This document shows positions 7,746-15,653 of a stretch of 35,171 nt of DNA, piece by piece (the first letter of the stretch is position 1; each line of letters begins with the position of its first letter). The translations under genes were made by a program, and so were the position numbers. This DNA is from a virus (lineage: Duplodnaviria > Caudoviricetes), in IMG/VR virus record IMGVR_UViG_3300025372_000524, positions 1 through 35,171 of that record. One strand, 5' to 3'. The notes beneath the pieces are model-generated. The model worked only from the letters and a program-made list of their open reading frames with translations. It was not told the DNA's origin and searched no databases.

Positions 7746-9830
7746 TTAGTACGGGTCGTGCTGCGCCATTACAGCCTCTTTGCCTTTCTCCTCTATTTCA
7801 TGGTCTATGAATGCTAATGCTTCTCCTCTTGTAAATCCAGCTGCTACTAACTCATCGATAACTTTATCAGCTACTTTGTGAAGTACATCATGTAATTTAG
7901 GATCTAAATGAGATTCCATTTCTTTATGCTTAGGGTCCATATCTGCTTCTTGACCTTCCCACATTTCACCTTTCTTCATTACTAAGTCAGTTCTGTTACC
8001 ACCTGGCTTTTGTTTCTTTTCTGGGTTGTGATACTTAGGCTTTATTTCAGCTGGACGCTTTGTATCAGCAGCTTTTGCTTTGTTCTTGATTTCACCACCT
8101 TTAACGTATCCTGCTTTCATACCTTCCATCATATCACTCTTACCTGCTTTCTCTAATAAATTACCAATTTCTTTCTTGATAGTTTTTAAAGACTCAATGT
8201 ACTCCTTTAATTGCTTTCTTTCGTCTGGAGATAATACTGAGAATCCGTATGGAGGATTTGTATCGTTAGTCTCTTCTTTTTGCATAATAGTTGGTCCAGT
8301 TGCTTTTTGTAATGGTTCGTAGATATTTTCTTCTATGTTTCCTAATTCATCTTCAAGAGACTCTAAATAATCAGGAACCCAGTCTTCAAAGTATCCATAT
8401 CCAGAAAGTAAATTCTGTACTACTACTCTTTTCATTCCAGCTTCTAACATTTCATGTCCACACCAGTTAATAGCTGCATTTTCATAATCTTTATAAGCTT
8501 TGTTTCTTACTTTATGATCAGCATCTGATCTGCTATCGTAAATGTCTTTTAAATCTTTTAACTCTTTACCGTGCTTTTGTGCAACTACTTTAGCTGCTCC
8601 AGCTGGATCACGCATATGAGAACCGTCACTTGCAGCTGCAGTTTCCTCTCTTATACCTATCTTACCTAAAGCATCCCAAGTACCTCCAAATCCTGGAATG
8701 TCTTCTCTGTTTTGCTTTCTAATCATTTTAGCTAAGGCTGTAGCAGCTTTTGCAGGATCAAGATCCCATAATTGACTTACTACTTTCGGATCTTCCAAAG
8801 CTTCTAAAGCCTGTTCGTATTCTTTGTCAGTTAACTCATCATCAGATAAGTATTTCAGATGCTCTGCTACTGCTTGTTCAAAATCTGTTTCATCAGGGTT
8901 AAATCCTTCGTCTTCTCTTTCAGCATTCTCTGCTTCAGTATCATCATCTTCCATTTTCTTTGCTCTAGCTTCTCTCGCCTCATCATCATCATCTTCAGGA
9001 CCGTCATCGTGAGATTTAATTCCAGCTATTTCTTTCATTTTCTTAATCTCTTCTTCAAATCCTCTCTCTTTTCTGAACTTTTCTTTATCTTTCGCCATTT
9101 GTGATGTAGTTGCATCATCCATAAATTGTTCTGCGGCTTCCTCTGGTTTCATATGACCATACTTGTCTATAAGATAGGAAGTATTAATCATAGGATACAT
9201 ACCTAAAGCATCGTGAAATGCTTCTAACCATTGTTCATTAGCAGGATGGCTTTCGTCCATCTCTTGACCACACTGACATTGATCAGCTGGCATTCCACAT
9301 GAAGGACAAATTCCTTCTCCTTCTTCGAATGGTCCTGGATCTTCTGGATACATTTGATCGAAAGCATATTCAGGTACAACACCTTTAGCTATATCTTTAT
9401 AGGTTTTACCACCTACTTTAAACTTTTCACCTGGCTTATGTTTGTGAAGTTGACCTGTGAAAGCATTACCTTCTTCTACTCCTGTTACTTGCTTCAAAAC
9501 GTAATTGGCATCTAAGTTATGAGCATATAACTCATAATCGTGATCACTTACATAGTCTAAGGCCTTATCCAAAGTAGCAGCATCAATCTTACCGGCTTGA
9601 GCAAGATGCTGTAATTCTTTTTCTACTGCAAGGGAATGCTCCTCTCCTTCTTCATCATAATTCCAACCTTCTTCCATTTCATTTTTTTCATCTAAAGGAC
9701 TTTCAGGTGTAATGTTATCCTGATAGCCTCTATCTTTAACTTCTACTGCTTCTTTTAACATGCCTTTAGGAGTTTCAGCTTGAAACTTAGACATTAAATT
9801 TTTGTAATCTTCGTGAGATATATAGCTCAT
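7746..9830 (-). CDS. Large acidic, low-complexity protein; candidate virion internal/head protein
   Basis: 694 aa, very Glu/Asp-rich, many hydrophobic-x-E sites, one CPSCG..CQC cluster; own upstream motif and terminator. ORF is solid, function inferred. Confidence 0.6.
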   Translation of the reverse strand: MSYISHEDYKNLMSKFQAETPKGMLKEAVEVKDRGYQDNITPESPLDEKNEMEEGWNYDEEGEEHSLAVEKELQHLAQAGKIDAATLDKALDYVSDHDYELYAHNLDANYVLKQVTGVEEGNAFTGQLHKHKPGEKFKVGGKTYKDIAKGVVPEYAFDQMYPEDPGPFEEGEGICPSCGMPADQCQCGQEMDESHPANEQWLEAFHDALGMYPMINTSYLIDKYGHMKPEEAAEQFMDDATTSQMAKDKEKFRKERGFEEEIKKMKEIAGIKSHDDGPEDDDDEAREARAKKMEDDDTEAENAEREDEGFNPDETDFEQAVAEHLKYLSDDELTDKEYEQALEALEDPKVVSQLWDLDPAKAATALAKMIRKQNREDIPGFGGTWDALGKIGIREETAAASDGSHMRDPAGAAKVVAQKHGKELKDLKDIYDSRSDADHKVRNKAYKDYENAAINWCGHEMLEAGMKRVVVQNLLSGYGYFEDWVPDYLESLEDELGNIEENIYEPLQKATGPTIMQKEETNDTNPPYGFSVLSPDERKQLKEYIESLKTIKKEIGNLLEKAGKSDMMEGMKAGYVKGGEIKNKAKAADTKRPAEIKPKYHNPEKKQKPGGNRTDLVMKKGEMWEGQEADMDPKHKEMESHLDPKLHDVLHKVADKVIDELVAAGFTRGEALAFIDHEIEEKGKEAVMAQHDPY

Positions 9831-9844
9831 CTGAAATTGTTTAT

Positions 9845-9856
9845 TAATAAATAGTT
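9845..9856 (-). promoter_or_regulatory. Putative late-promoter motif AACTATTTATTA
   Basis: 14 nt upstream of ATG 9830. Confidence 0.65.
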
Positions 9857-9873
9857 AGTTTTTATGATCAGCT

Positions 9874-10029
9874 CTACTGTTCTTCCCCTATAACATTCTT
9901 CCTCCACCAACGTTTTAGCTTGTGGTCATAAGGTAAATCTTGTATTTTATGTTCAATGTACATAGTTGCACTAAACAGCACAAGAAATATAACAGTTGCG
10001 TACAGCCAAAGTTTTAAAAAAGATATCAT
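9874..10029 (-). CDS. Small single-TM membrane protein, 51 aa (not in ORF track)
   Basis: My translation MISFLKLWLYATVIFLVLFSATMYIEHKIQDLPYDHKLKRWWRKNVIGEEQ*. Confidence 0.65.
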   Translation of the reverse strand: MISFLKLWLYATVIFLVLFSATMYIEHKIQDLPYDHKLKRWWRKNVIGEEQ

Positions 10030-10045
10030 ATATTATTTTTTATAA

Positions 10046-10408
10046 TTAATCCCACCATTTTTCTATGTTATCGCTTAAATATTGAAATAGCTCCTGTCTT
10101 GCTTTGTCGTGATCTTCTATTGATTTAGTTAATCCATCACGATCCCAGTTTGGATCAGATAGGTATTTATCAAGATGGTATTCGTGCTGCACTATCTCTA
10201 TCATATCCATAGCTTTCTTTATTTCATCAGCATCTGCTTTATGATACACATGGAGACCTTTTTCGCGAATATGCTCTTCTGTATGCTTTAGCTTTTGTTT
10301 TAGAATTTCGTAAATAAAATAGTAATCCCAATCGGTATCCTTCCAGATAATTGGTAACCATCTTAATACATTACGTACTCTTCTTATTATGATTTTTACT
10401 CTATACAT
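10046..10408 (-). CDS. Hypothetical phage protein (WLP.IWKD.DWDY...KWWD family)
   Basis: 120-aa ORF; motif I recall from large-phage hypothetical proteins. Confidence 0.8.
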   Translation of the reverse strand: MYRVKIIIRRVRNVLRWLPIIWKDTDWDYYFIYEILKQKLKHTEEHIREKGLHVYHKADADEIKKAMDMIEIVQHEYHLDKYLSDPNWDRDGLTKSIEDHDKARQELFQYLSDNIEKWWD

Positions 10409-10620
10409 TAGAAGGCTCCTCTACTCTCCATTAGCTTTTGCATATGGTCAGCTGTTTCTCTATCTCTTATGATTGATATTTCGTAGTCGCATTTACCTGA
10501 TGCTGCTACTACACCCACATACTTAAACGCATTAGAATGTTCTACACAAGTGTCTGTGTATCCTAATTTTACTCTTCTTTCTGGAATTGCCTGCTGGCAC
10601 ACTTTACAATACTTACTCAT
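10408..10620 (-). CDS. DksA/TraR-like zinc-finger protein
   Basis: CKVCQQAIPERR...TCVEH matches the CxxC-x3-IP-xxR...CxxC pattern with His as fourth ligand. Confidence 0.65.
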   Translation of the reverse strand: MSKYCKVCQQAIPERRVKLGYTDTCVEHSNAFKYVGVVAASGKCDYEISIIRDRETADHMQKLMESRGAF

Positions 10621-10637
10621 AACTCTTATTTGTTTTT

Positions 10638-10671
10638 ATAAAAATACTATTGCTTTTTCTTTTTAGCAACT
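10638..10671 (-). promoter_or_regulatory. Putative early promoter, Bacteroidota sigma-like
   Basis: Minus strand AGTTG-N20-TATTTTTAT upstream of ATG 10620. Confidence 0.6.
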
Positions 10672-10826
10672 TTTTCTTTTCTTGGTAATTGAAAATTCTC
10701 AGTCATAATGGGACCATTCCTAAATTTATCTAGGTCATAGTGCCAGCGGTCAGTTACTTTGCCTGACTCGTCTTTGTAATCTACTACGAATTTTCTTTGG
10801 GATTCTGTTGGTTTACTTAAGGCCAT
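10647..10826 (-). CDS. Small hypothetical protein, 59 aa (not in ORF track)
   Basis: My translation MALSKPTESQRKFVVDYKDESGKVTDRWHYDLDKFRNGPIMTENFQLPRKEKVAKKKKQ*. Confidence 0.7.
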   Translation of the reverse strand: MALSKPTESQRKFVVDYKDESGKVTDRWHYDLDKFRNGPIMTENFQLPRKEKVAKKKKQ

Positions 10827-11091
10827 ATTTCTCTATCAACACATCAATCCTCTCCTTATTTAGAGAAGGGTCTTTTACTGATTTGATAAAGATAAGGTCT
10901 TTTGTAATATCATCCAACTTTCTAGAAGAATTTTTCAAACTCCAGAAATTATGTTGCTCTTCAATCTTCTTTCTTAACTGTTCAATTTTATTTGGATAGT
11001 TCTTTCTATTGCCGAACTCTTGTAACTTCTTAAATCTATCACCATCGCTAACTAATTTATCAGCTAGCCTGCTTAAGTGGTTATTTGCCAT
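10813..11091 (-). CDS. Hypothetical basic protein
   Basis: 92-aa ORF in the operon. Confidence 0.7.
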   Translation of the reverse strand: MANNHLSRLADKLVSDGDRFKKLQEFGNRKNYPNKIEQLRKKIEEQHNFWSLKNSSRKLDDITKDLIFIKSVKDPSLNKERIDVLIEKYGLK

Positions 11092-11254
11092 TCTTTTTAG
11101 AACCTTTCGTTAATTTTATCATAGTCATTACTGACACTGTCATAGCTAATAATAAAGATAAAACTTGTAAGTATGGAATACTAGCAACTAAGTAACTGCT
11201 AAGATGTAAACTCCAAACTCCTGCCATATAATGCTCTACTGTTAAATGCTTCAT
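11081..11254 (-). CDS. Small membrane protein, 57 aa (not in ORF track)
   Basis: My translation MKHLTVEHYMAGVWSLHLSSYLVASIPYLQVLSLLLAMTVSVMTMIKLTKGSKKNGK*; hydrophobic core with basic tail. Confidence 0.6.
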   Translation of the reverse strand: MKHLTVEHYMAGVWSLHLSSYLVASIPYLQVLSLLLAMTVSVMTMIKLTKGSKKNGK

Positions 11255-11255
11255 A

Positions 11256-11477
11256 TTAGTTATACATACATGCTCTCTTGTACAGGAGTTCCTCCCAGTT
11301 TAAAGCACATTTTGTTATTAGTGATAATTTAGGTTTAATCGTTTTTGTTTCAAGTAAAGTGATCATCATATCTCTCCAAACCTCTCTACTATTTACATGC
11401 AATAACTTATGTTTAGTTTCTGGAATGTACCTTTCTGCTAAACCCTCAATTGTTTCGTATATTAAGTCATTAATCAT
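11256..11477 (-). CDS. Hypothetical protein
   Basis: 73-aa ORF preceded by a TATTTATTA variant. Confidence 0.7.
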   Translation of the reverse strand: MINDLIYETIEGLAERYIPETKHKLLHVNSREVWRDMMITLLETKTIKPKLSLITKCALNWEELLYKRACMYN

Positions 11478-11482
11478 ACTAG

Positions 11483-11491
11483 TAATAAATA
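11483..11491 (-). promoter_or_regulatory. Variant late-promoter motif (AAAG)TATTTATTA
   Basis: 5 nt upstream of ATG 11477. Confidence 0.5.
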
Positions 11492-11512
11492 CTTTATATA
11501 TGTGGTAAAACG

Positions 11513-11680
11513 CTACTTAACAAACTCAGTTACACCTAAAATAAAGGCTTCTGCTGGGGTAACAGTGGGATTCTCTTTCATATATTTTAAAGCGTAATAT
11601 ATGGCTTCTACTTCTAACCCATATTCCAACGCTATATCTAGCTGATTGCTAATAACCTCCATTTGTTCTTTTGGTTCCAT
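11513..11680 (-). CDS. Small hypothetical protein, 55 aa (not in ORF track)
   Basis: My translation MEPKEQMEVISNQLDIALEYGLEVEAIYYALKYMKENPTVTPAEAFILGVTEFVK*. Confidence 0.7.
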   Translation of the reverse strand: MEPKEQMEVISNQLDIALEYGLEVEAIYYALKYMKENPTVTPAEAFILGVTEFVK

Positions 11681-11682
11681 AA

Positions 11683-12336
11683 TTATAAATTTGCGATGAA
11701 CTCATCCCCTTCTTGGTAATTATCCGTATTGTTTAAACCTGCATCTTTAAAGTGTGCTAGGAAAGAATCATCTATATCCCAGCTTATCTCATCTTTTATT
11801 AGAGGTGCATTAGCATTTTCCATACTACGAATCTGCTTCTCTGAAAATAGATTACCTACGTATAGGAAGTGACAGTTGTAGCACAACATCCTTAGATTTT
11901 CTATCTGCCAGTTATTCTTATTTCCATCTATAAAGCTAAGCATTAAGGGTTGCTTATAATCCACGACGCGCTTCTCGTGATGTCCACAGGAATAACATTC
12001 CATTCTCAAGATTCCTTCGTAGATTAATCGGTTCTTTAGTTTCTCCTGGTTTATAGCCCTATAGCTTTCGCTAGACATGATATCGTTGATCTTCTCGATG
12101 GATATGTCATGTTTCCAATTAACTCGTTTAATTCCCTTCCCAGAGTTGTTTTTATGTAGTTCGTACAAAGTCTTACCACTTTCCTGATCAACATACATCT
12201 TAGCATAGCTTCTGTATGTTTCAATAGTCACATTAAGGTATCTTGCAGCCTGGAAGTTAGACTGCGTATGCTTCATAGCATTTCTAATAACCGATTCGGT
12301 TAAGTCTCTTCTTGGTCTTCCTCCTTTATTCGCCAT
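11683..12336 (-). CDS. HTH plus degenerate HNH-like Zn-binding protein
   Basis: N-terminal HTH-like SNFQAARYLNVTIETYRSYA; CYSC...LMLSFIDGNKNNWQIENLRMLCYNCH with Phe where the HNH catalytic His is expected; start at 12336 preferred. Confidence 0.7.
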   Translation of the reverse strand: MANKGGRPRRDLTESVIRNAMKHTQSNFQAARYLNVTIETYRSYAKMYVDQESGKTLYELHKNNSGKGIKRVNWKHDISIEKINDIMSSESYRAINQEKLKNRLIYEGILRMECYSCGHHEKRVVDYKQPLMLSFIDGNKNNWQIENLRMLCYNCHFLYVGNLFSEKQIRSMENANAPLIKDEISWDIDDSFLAHFKDAGLNNTDNYQEGDEFIANL

Positions 12337-12733
12337 ATTTAGGATTGATATGTAATAATGCATTCCACAAATCGGTTGCAGTATCCATAGGAACTACTCT
12401 ATCATTTTCATCAAATAAATCATTTAAAGATCCATCTGGGTTTGTTCTTTCCCAAAGATAGAAGCCTATCAGTTCAGCCCCTTCTTTACCAAAATGCAGT
12501 ATAATAAGTGCATCAATAGTATCTAAAAATGCTTCATCGTAGTTAGCAAAATCTAACTGCAAATCTGCATACATTAGATTCTGTCTATTAATAATCTGCT
12601 CAATCGAATTTATAATGGAAATAAATAACTCTTTCTTTTTAGTTTCCTGAGTCTTTTTCTTTCTTCTAATTAAACTCTTAACATTTAGTATCTGATTAAT
12701 TGCCGCTTGTATCTCCGTTAATCCCTGCTCCAT
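12326..12733 (-). CDS. Hypothetical phage protein
   Basis: 135-aa ORF in an overlapping operon. Confidence 0.75.
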   Translation of the reverse strand: MEQGLTEIQAAINQILNVKSLIRRKKKTQETKKKELFISIINSIEQIINRQNLMYADLQLDFANYDEAFLDTIDALIILHFGKEGAELIGFYLWERTNPDGSLNDLFDENDRVVPMDTATDLWNALLHINPKYGE

Positions 12734-13070
12734 TCTTTTTGGCTTTAGATGTTTTAGAAATTGGTTTTCTTATTTGATCAATAAGATTTTTAATAGGAAT
12801 ACACTCCTCAAATTTTTCTTCCTCTAGCTTAAAAGCTATACATTGTTCCAAAGCAGGTATCCAATATTGTTTAGGTATGTCTACATATAGACCTAACCCA
12901 TTGATTTCGAATATGGTAGCAAAAGTTTTCTTTCCTTTGAAAGCTTCTTCAATTGCTAATGGAGTTTCAACTTTAATAAGATGAAGAAGTGCCTCATTAT
13001 CTAAGAGGTCTGAAGCCTGAATGTTCTCTAAGTAATCGAACATAGCTTTTGGTATTGTACGTTTTGCCAT
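12696..13070 (-). CDS. Hypothetical phage protein with UVR-like C-terminal helix (EEEKFEEC..I)
   Basis: 124-aa ORF. Confidence 0.7.
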   Translation of the reverse strand: MAKRTIPKAMFDYLENIQASDLLDNEALLHLIKVETPLAIEEAFKGKKTFATIFEINGLGLYVDIPKQYWIPALEQCIAFKLEEEKFEECIPIKNLIDQIRKPISKTSKAKKNGAGINGDTSGN

Positions 13071-13084
13071 AACTAATTTTAATT

Positions 13085-13534
13085 TTATCTCAAGCCAGCT
13101 CTCTTCATAATAATCTCTCTAACCTCTTCTGCTGATTGCTCTGCTGGTGGTAGTTGCTCTGGTGCTTGCTCCTCTCCTTGCTCCTCACCTGTTTCAGGTG
13201 CTTCTTGCTTTAATACATGTTCAATAATGAAAGTAGCTAAAGATGGTAATGGTATTAAGAATCCAATAACGTTTTTGTATGGATTTTCTAAATCCTGGAT
13301 AATTTGTAATCCTGATTCTGCAAACTTTTGTTGAAGCTTTGTACCAAGTTCATTAGTCATTTGCTGAGCCTTACGTGGATCTTGAGGTACGTCTGGTAAT
13401 ACAAACTGTAATTTTACACCTTTTTTAGTCTTGTTGATGTTCACATCAAATCTCAAAGTAAGGTGGTGTCCGTCAATATCTATAGGAAATTCCGGGATGA
13501 GCGCAGGAAGTGCTTCGTTTAAGTTGTTTTTCAT
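13085..13534 (-). CDS. Hypothetical protein (putative late/virion-associated)
   Basis: Start reassigned to ATG 13534 (MKNNLNEA), 2 nt after AACTATTTATTA; acidic linker and C-terminal MKRAGLR. Confidence 0.7.
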   Translation of the reverse strand: MKNNLNEALPALIPEFPIDIDGHHLTLRFDVNINKTKKGVKLQFVLPDVPQDPRKAQQMTNELGTKLQQKFAESGLQIIQDLENPYKNVIGFLIPLPSLATFIIEHVLKQEAPETGEEQGEEQAPEQLPPAEQSAEEVREIIMKRAGLR

Positions 13535-13536
13535 AG

Positions 13537-13548
13537 TAATAAATAGTT
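13537..13548 (-). promoter_or_regulatory. Putative late-promoter motif AACTATTTATTA
   Basis: Between stop 13551 and ATG 13534. Confidence 0.65.
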
Positions 13549-13550
13549 TG

Positions 13551-14189
13551 TTATTGCCAAGCATTCATTTTGAATCTTTCGGCTGGTAACCCAAAAAAGT
13601 CTGTTTTGTATCTAGATTGAGCGAAAAATTCCAAATCAATCCATTCATACTTGCGTATCATCATATATCTTGCTGCTGCTTCCCAGTCTGTACCTTTTAC
13701 AATACTTTCTGCTCTTGCTTTCACTTCTTGAATTTCTTTTATATCATAGGAGTCGTATTCAAAATGTAAAATCTCTATAGCATTTCCCATCGAATCTACA
13801 TAGTCCATACTAAAGTCAATACCCCACTTACCTCTGTAGCTTATTAGTTTATTAACTAGGTTATTCTCCTTAGCAAATTCTTTTAGTTGTTCTAAAGCTG
13901 CACCATCATATCCTTTTCTTTCAAATAGGAAAGCATGATTCAGATGTGCTTTTGTTAGTGGCTTATCGTCTGTAAACCAATCTTGTCTTAGACAAACTTC
14001 ATGTCCGTGAGTAATAAAGGAATGATTATTAGCACCTGCATAATAAGATTCTAGCTTTGTAAGTCTGTATCCATTCTGATCAAAAAGATCTACCCATCCT
14101 GGATGTTGGATAGGAACAGGAACATCATATTCTAAAGCCTTATCCCAAGTTCTACTCTTATGAAACTGATTATCCGTTAAAGTAATCAT
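13551..14189 (-). CDS. Conserved hypothetical phage protein (FDQNGY.LT.LE...KWG.DFSMDY family)
   Basis: 212-aa ORF; motif I recall from aquatic phage genomes, function unknown. Confidence 0.8.
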   Translation of the reverse strand: MITLTDNQFHKSRTWDKALEYDVPVPIQHPGWVDLFDQNGYRLTKLESYYAGANNHSFITHGHEVCLRQDWFTDDKPLTKAHLNHAFLFERKGYDGAALEQLKEFAKENNLVNKLISYRGKWGIDFSMDYVDSMGNAIEILHFEYDSYDIKEIQEVKARAESIVKGTDWEAAARYMMIRKYEWIDLEFFAQSRYKTDFFGLPAERFKMNAWQ

Positions 14190-14200
14190 AGTAAAATAAT

Positions 14201-14860
14201 TTAAAGGTACTTAAAAGTGCCCTTTTTAATATAGTAATTAATATTTTCTGCTGTCCAATTAAAAGCTATAGCAGCTTCTTTTCTGGAGCTGTACACTGTA
14301 TTAGATGCAATATGTAATATTTTTTTCATACATGAATTTCGACCTTCTCGAGTTTGCTTTCTTTTCTCTTTAATTTCTTCACTTTGTTTTACTCCTACTT
14401 TTCCTTTGTTTGCTCTACTTAGATTTTTTCTATGTTCTAAACTTCGTGTAGGCTTTTTCTTGCCCTTATTTGCTGCACCTATTTTCAACCTAGTTTCTTC
14501 AGATCTTTTTGCTTTACCGTTGAATTGCCTAGAACTTTCTCTCTTTGTTACTGACTCTTTTGAGAACTTTCCGTTGCTACCTGGTTTTCTTATATTCATC
14601 ATCTTAAATCCACAAGCCAAATACTGATCCCAGTATAAAATCTCATAAGTATTTAAAGTTTCCTGAGTAACTTCTTTAGGCAGTTCGTGAATTACTTCAA
14701 ATAAATGACTTTCCCATCCGTGCTTAATTAAAGATTGATATATTTTAGGCTGTTTTTTACAACTTAAATTTTTATAACTACTCTTTCTGTTTAGGATATC
14801 CCTACTTTGTCCTATATAAATTCTACCAGTTGGAGATGTTATTTTATAGATACCTATCAT
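14201..14860 (-). CDS. Free-standing GIY-YIG homing endonuclease with NUMOD3-like repeats and C-terminal NUMOD1-like HTH
   Basis: MIGIYKITSPTGRIYIGQS, conserved R and E; RSEETRLKIG, RSLEHRKNLS and QSEEIKEKR repeats. Confidence 0.92.
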   Translation of the reverse strand: MIGIYKITSPTGRIYIGQSRDILNRKSSYKNLSCKKQPKIYQSLIKHGWESHLFEVIHELPKEVTQETLNTYEILYWDQYLACGFKMMNIRKPGSNGKFSKESVTKRESSRQFNGKAKRSEETRLKIGAANKGKKKPTRSLEHRKNLSRANKGKVGVKQSEEIKEKRKQTREGRNSCMKKILHIASNTVYSSRKEAAIAFNWTAENINYYIKKGTFKYL

Positions 14861-14863
14861 ACA

Positions 14864-14874
14864 AATAAATAGTT
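14864..14874 (-). promoter_or_regulatory. Putative late-promoter motif AACTATTTATT
   Basis: 3 nt upstream of ATG 14860. Confidence 0.65.
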
Positions 14875-14882
14875 AAAATACG

Positions 14883-15650
14883 TTATCTTAATAAGTTTCT
14901 AATATCAATTATATTGTCTACAGAGTGTGCATCTTCTTTATAACCGTCCTTTGATTCATCTAAAGCGTTTTCAGTAAACTGATGCCCAAAGTATAATTTA
15001 TCTACAGGTTTGAAACCATAAAATTCATGAACTTGTTTTTGTACTTTAATTACATCTTCAACTCGCCAATTATGCCCCAAAAAGATAAATCCAGATTCAA
15101 TTCCTTTTACTACATTTCTTTCGCCTAAAGTACTATGTCTATTTTCAATCCAATCCAATCTTTCAATTAGTCTTTGATATATAGCATTTGCTTGTCCCCA
15201 TCTAATAGAACCCATAAACACTACTACATTGCATTCAAGTAAAGGATTAGCAACTCTCCAAAGTTCATCATCTGGATTATTGTAGGAAGCCCAGCATCTT
15301 ATGTTTCCTGTAGGATTCTTTTCTTTATCTTTCAAGGCTGCTTCTCTAACTCCACAATTATTTCCATCCTTACTAGACACATTTCCTTCACAGTTATAGA
15401 TCTTTAGCTTAGATACGTCTACTAAAGTACACTTATCTCCACCTATAGTTCTTTGCATAACTTCTGCAATACGAGTAGACTTGGGAGAATCTTTACCATC
15501 TTTTGAAGATAAATCTCCTCTGTTGGAAGTTGTTAAAATTAATACTTTACCCTTCCTACTCAAGTACTTAGTAGCTCTTTCAAGTTGCTTTTTAAACTTG
15601 CTATCAATTTCAATCTTCTCTTCTAATAGTAAATCTGCTAGTCTTCCCAT
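14883..15650 (-). CDS. Flavodoxin-like protein (multimeric flavodoxin WrbA / NADPH-dependent FMN reductase fold)
   Basis: VLILTTSNR...KST phosphate loop, IYNCEGNVS, Cys cluster, NPDDELW, VVFMGSIRWG, QRLIERL. Confidence 0.75.
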   Translation of the reverse strand: MGRLADLLLEEKIEIDSKFKKQLERATKYLSRKGKVLILTTSNRGDLSSKDGKDSPKSTRIAEVMQRTIGGDKCTLVDVSKLKIYNCEGNVSSKDGNNCGVREAALKDKEKNPTGNIRCWASYNNPDDELWRVANPLLECNVVVFMGSIRWGQANAIYQRLIERLDWIENRHSTLGERNVVKGIESGFIFLGHNWRVEDVIKVQKQVHEFYGFKPVDKLYFGHQFTENALDESKDGYKEDAHSVDNIIDIRNLLR

Positions 15651-15653
15651 ACA

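Noticed and set aside
11152-11190. Promoter-like site sharing 13 nt (atactagcaacta) with 1988-2000 plus a nearby TATCTTTAT
   Set aside because: Spacer is 24 nt rather than 20 and the site lies inside a small CDS; probably coincidental
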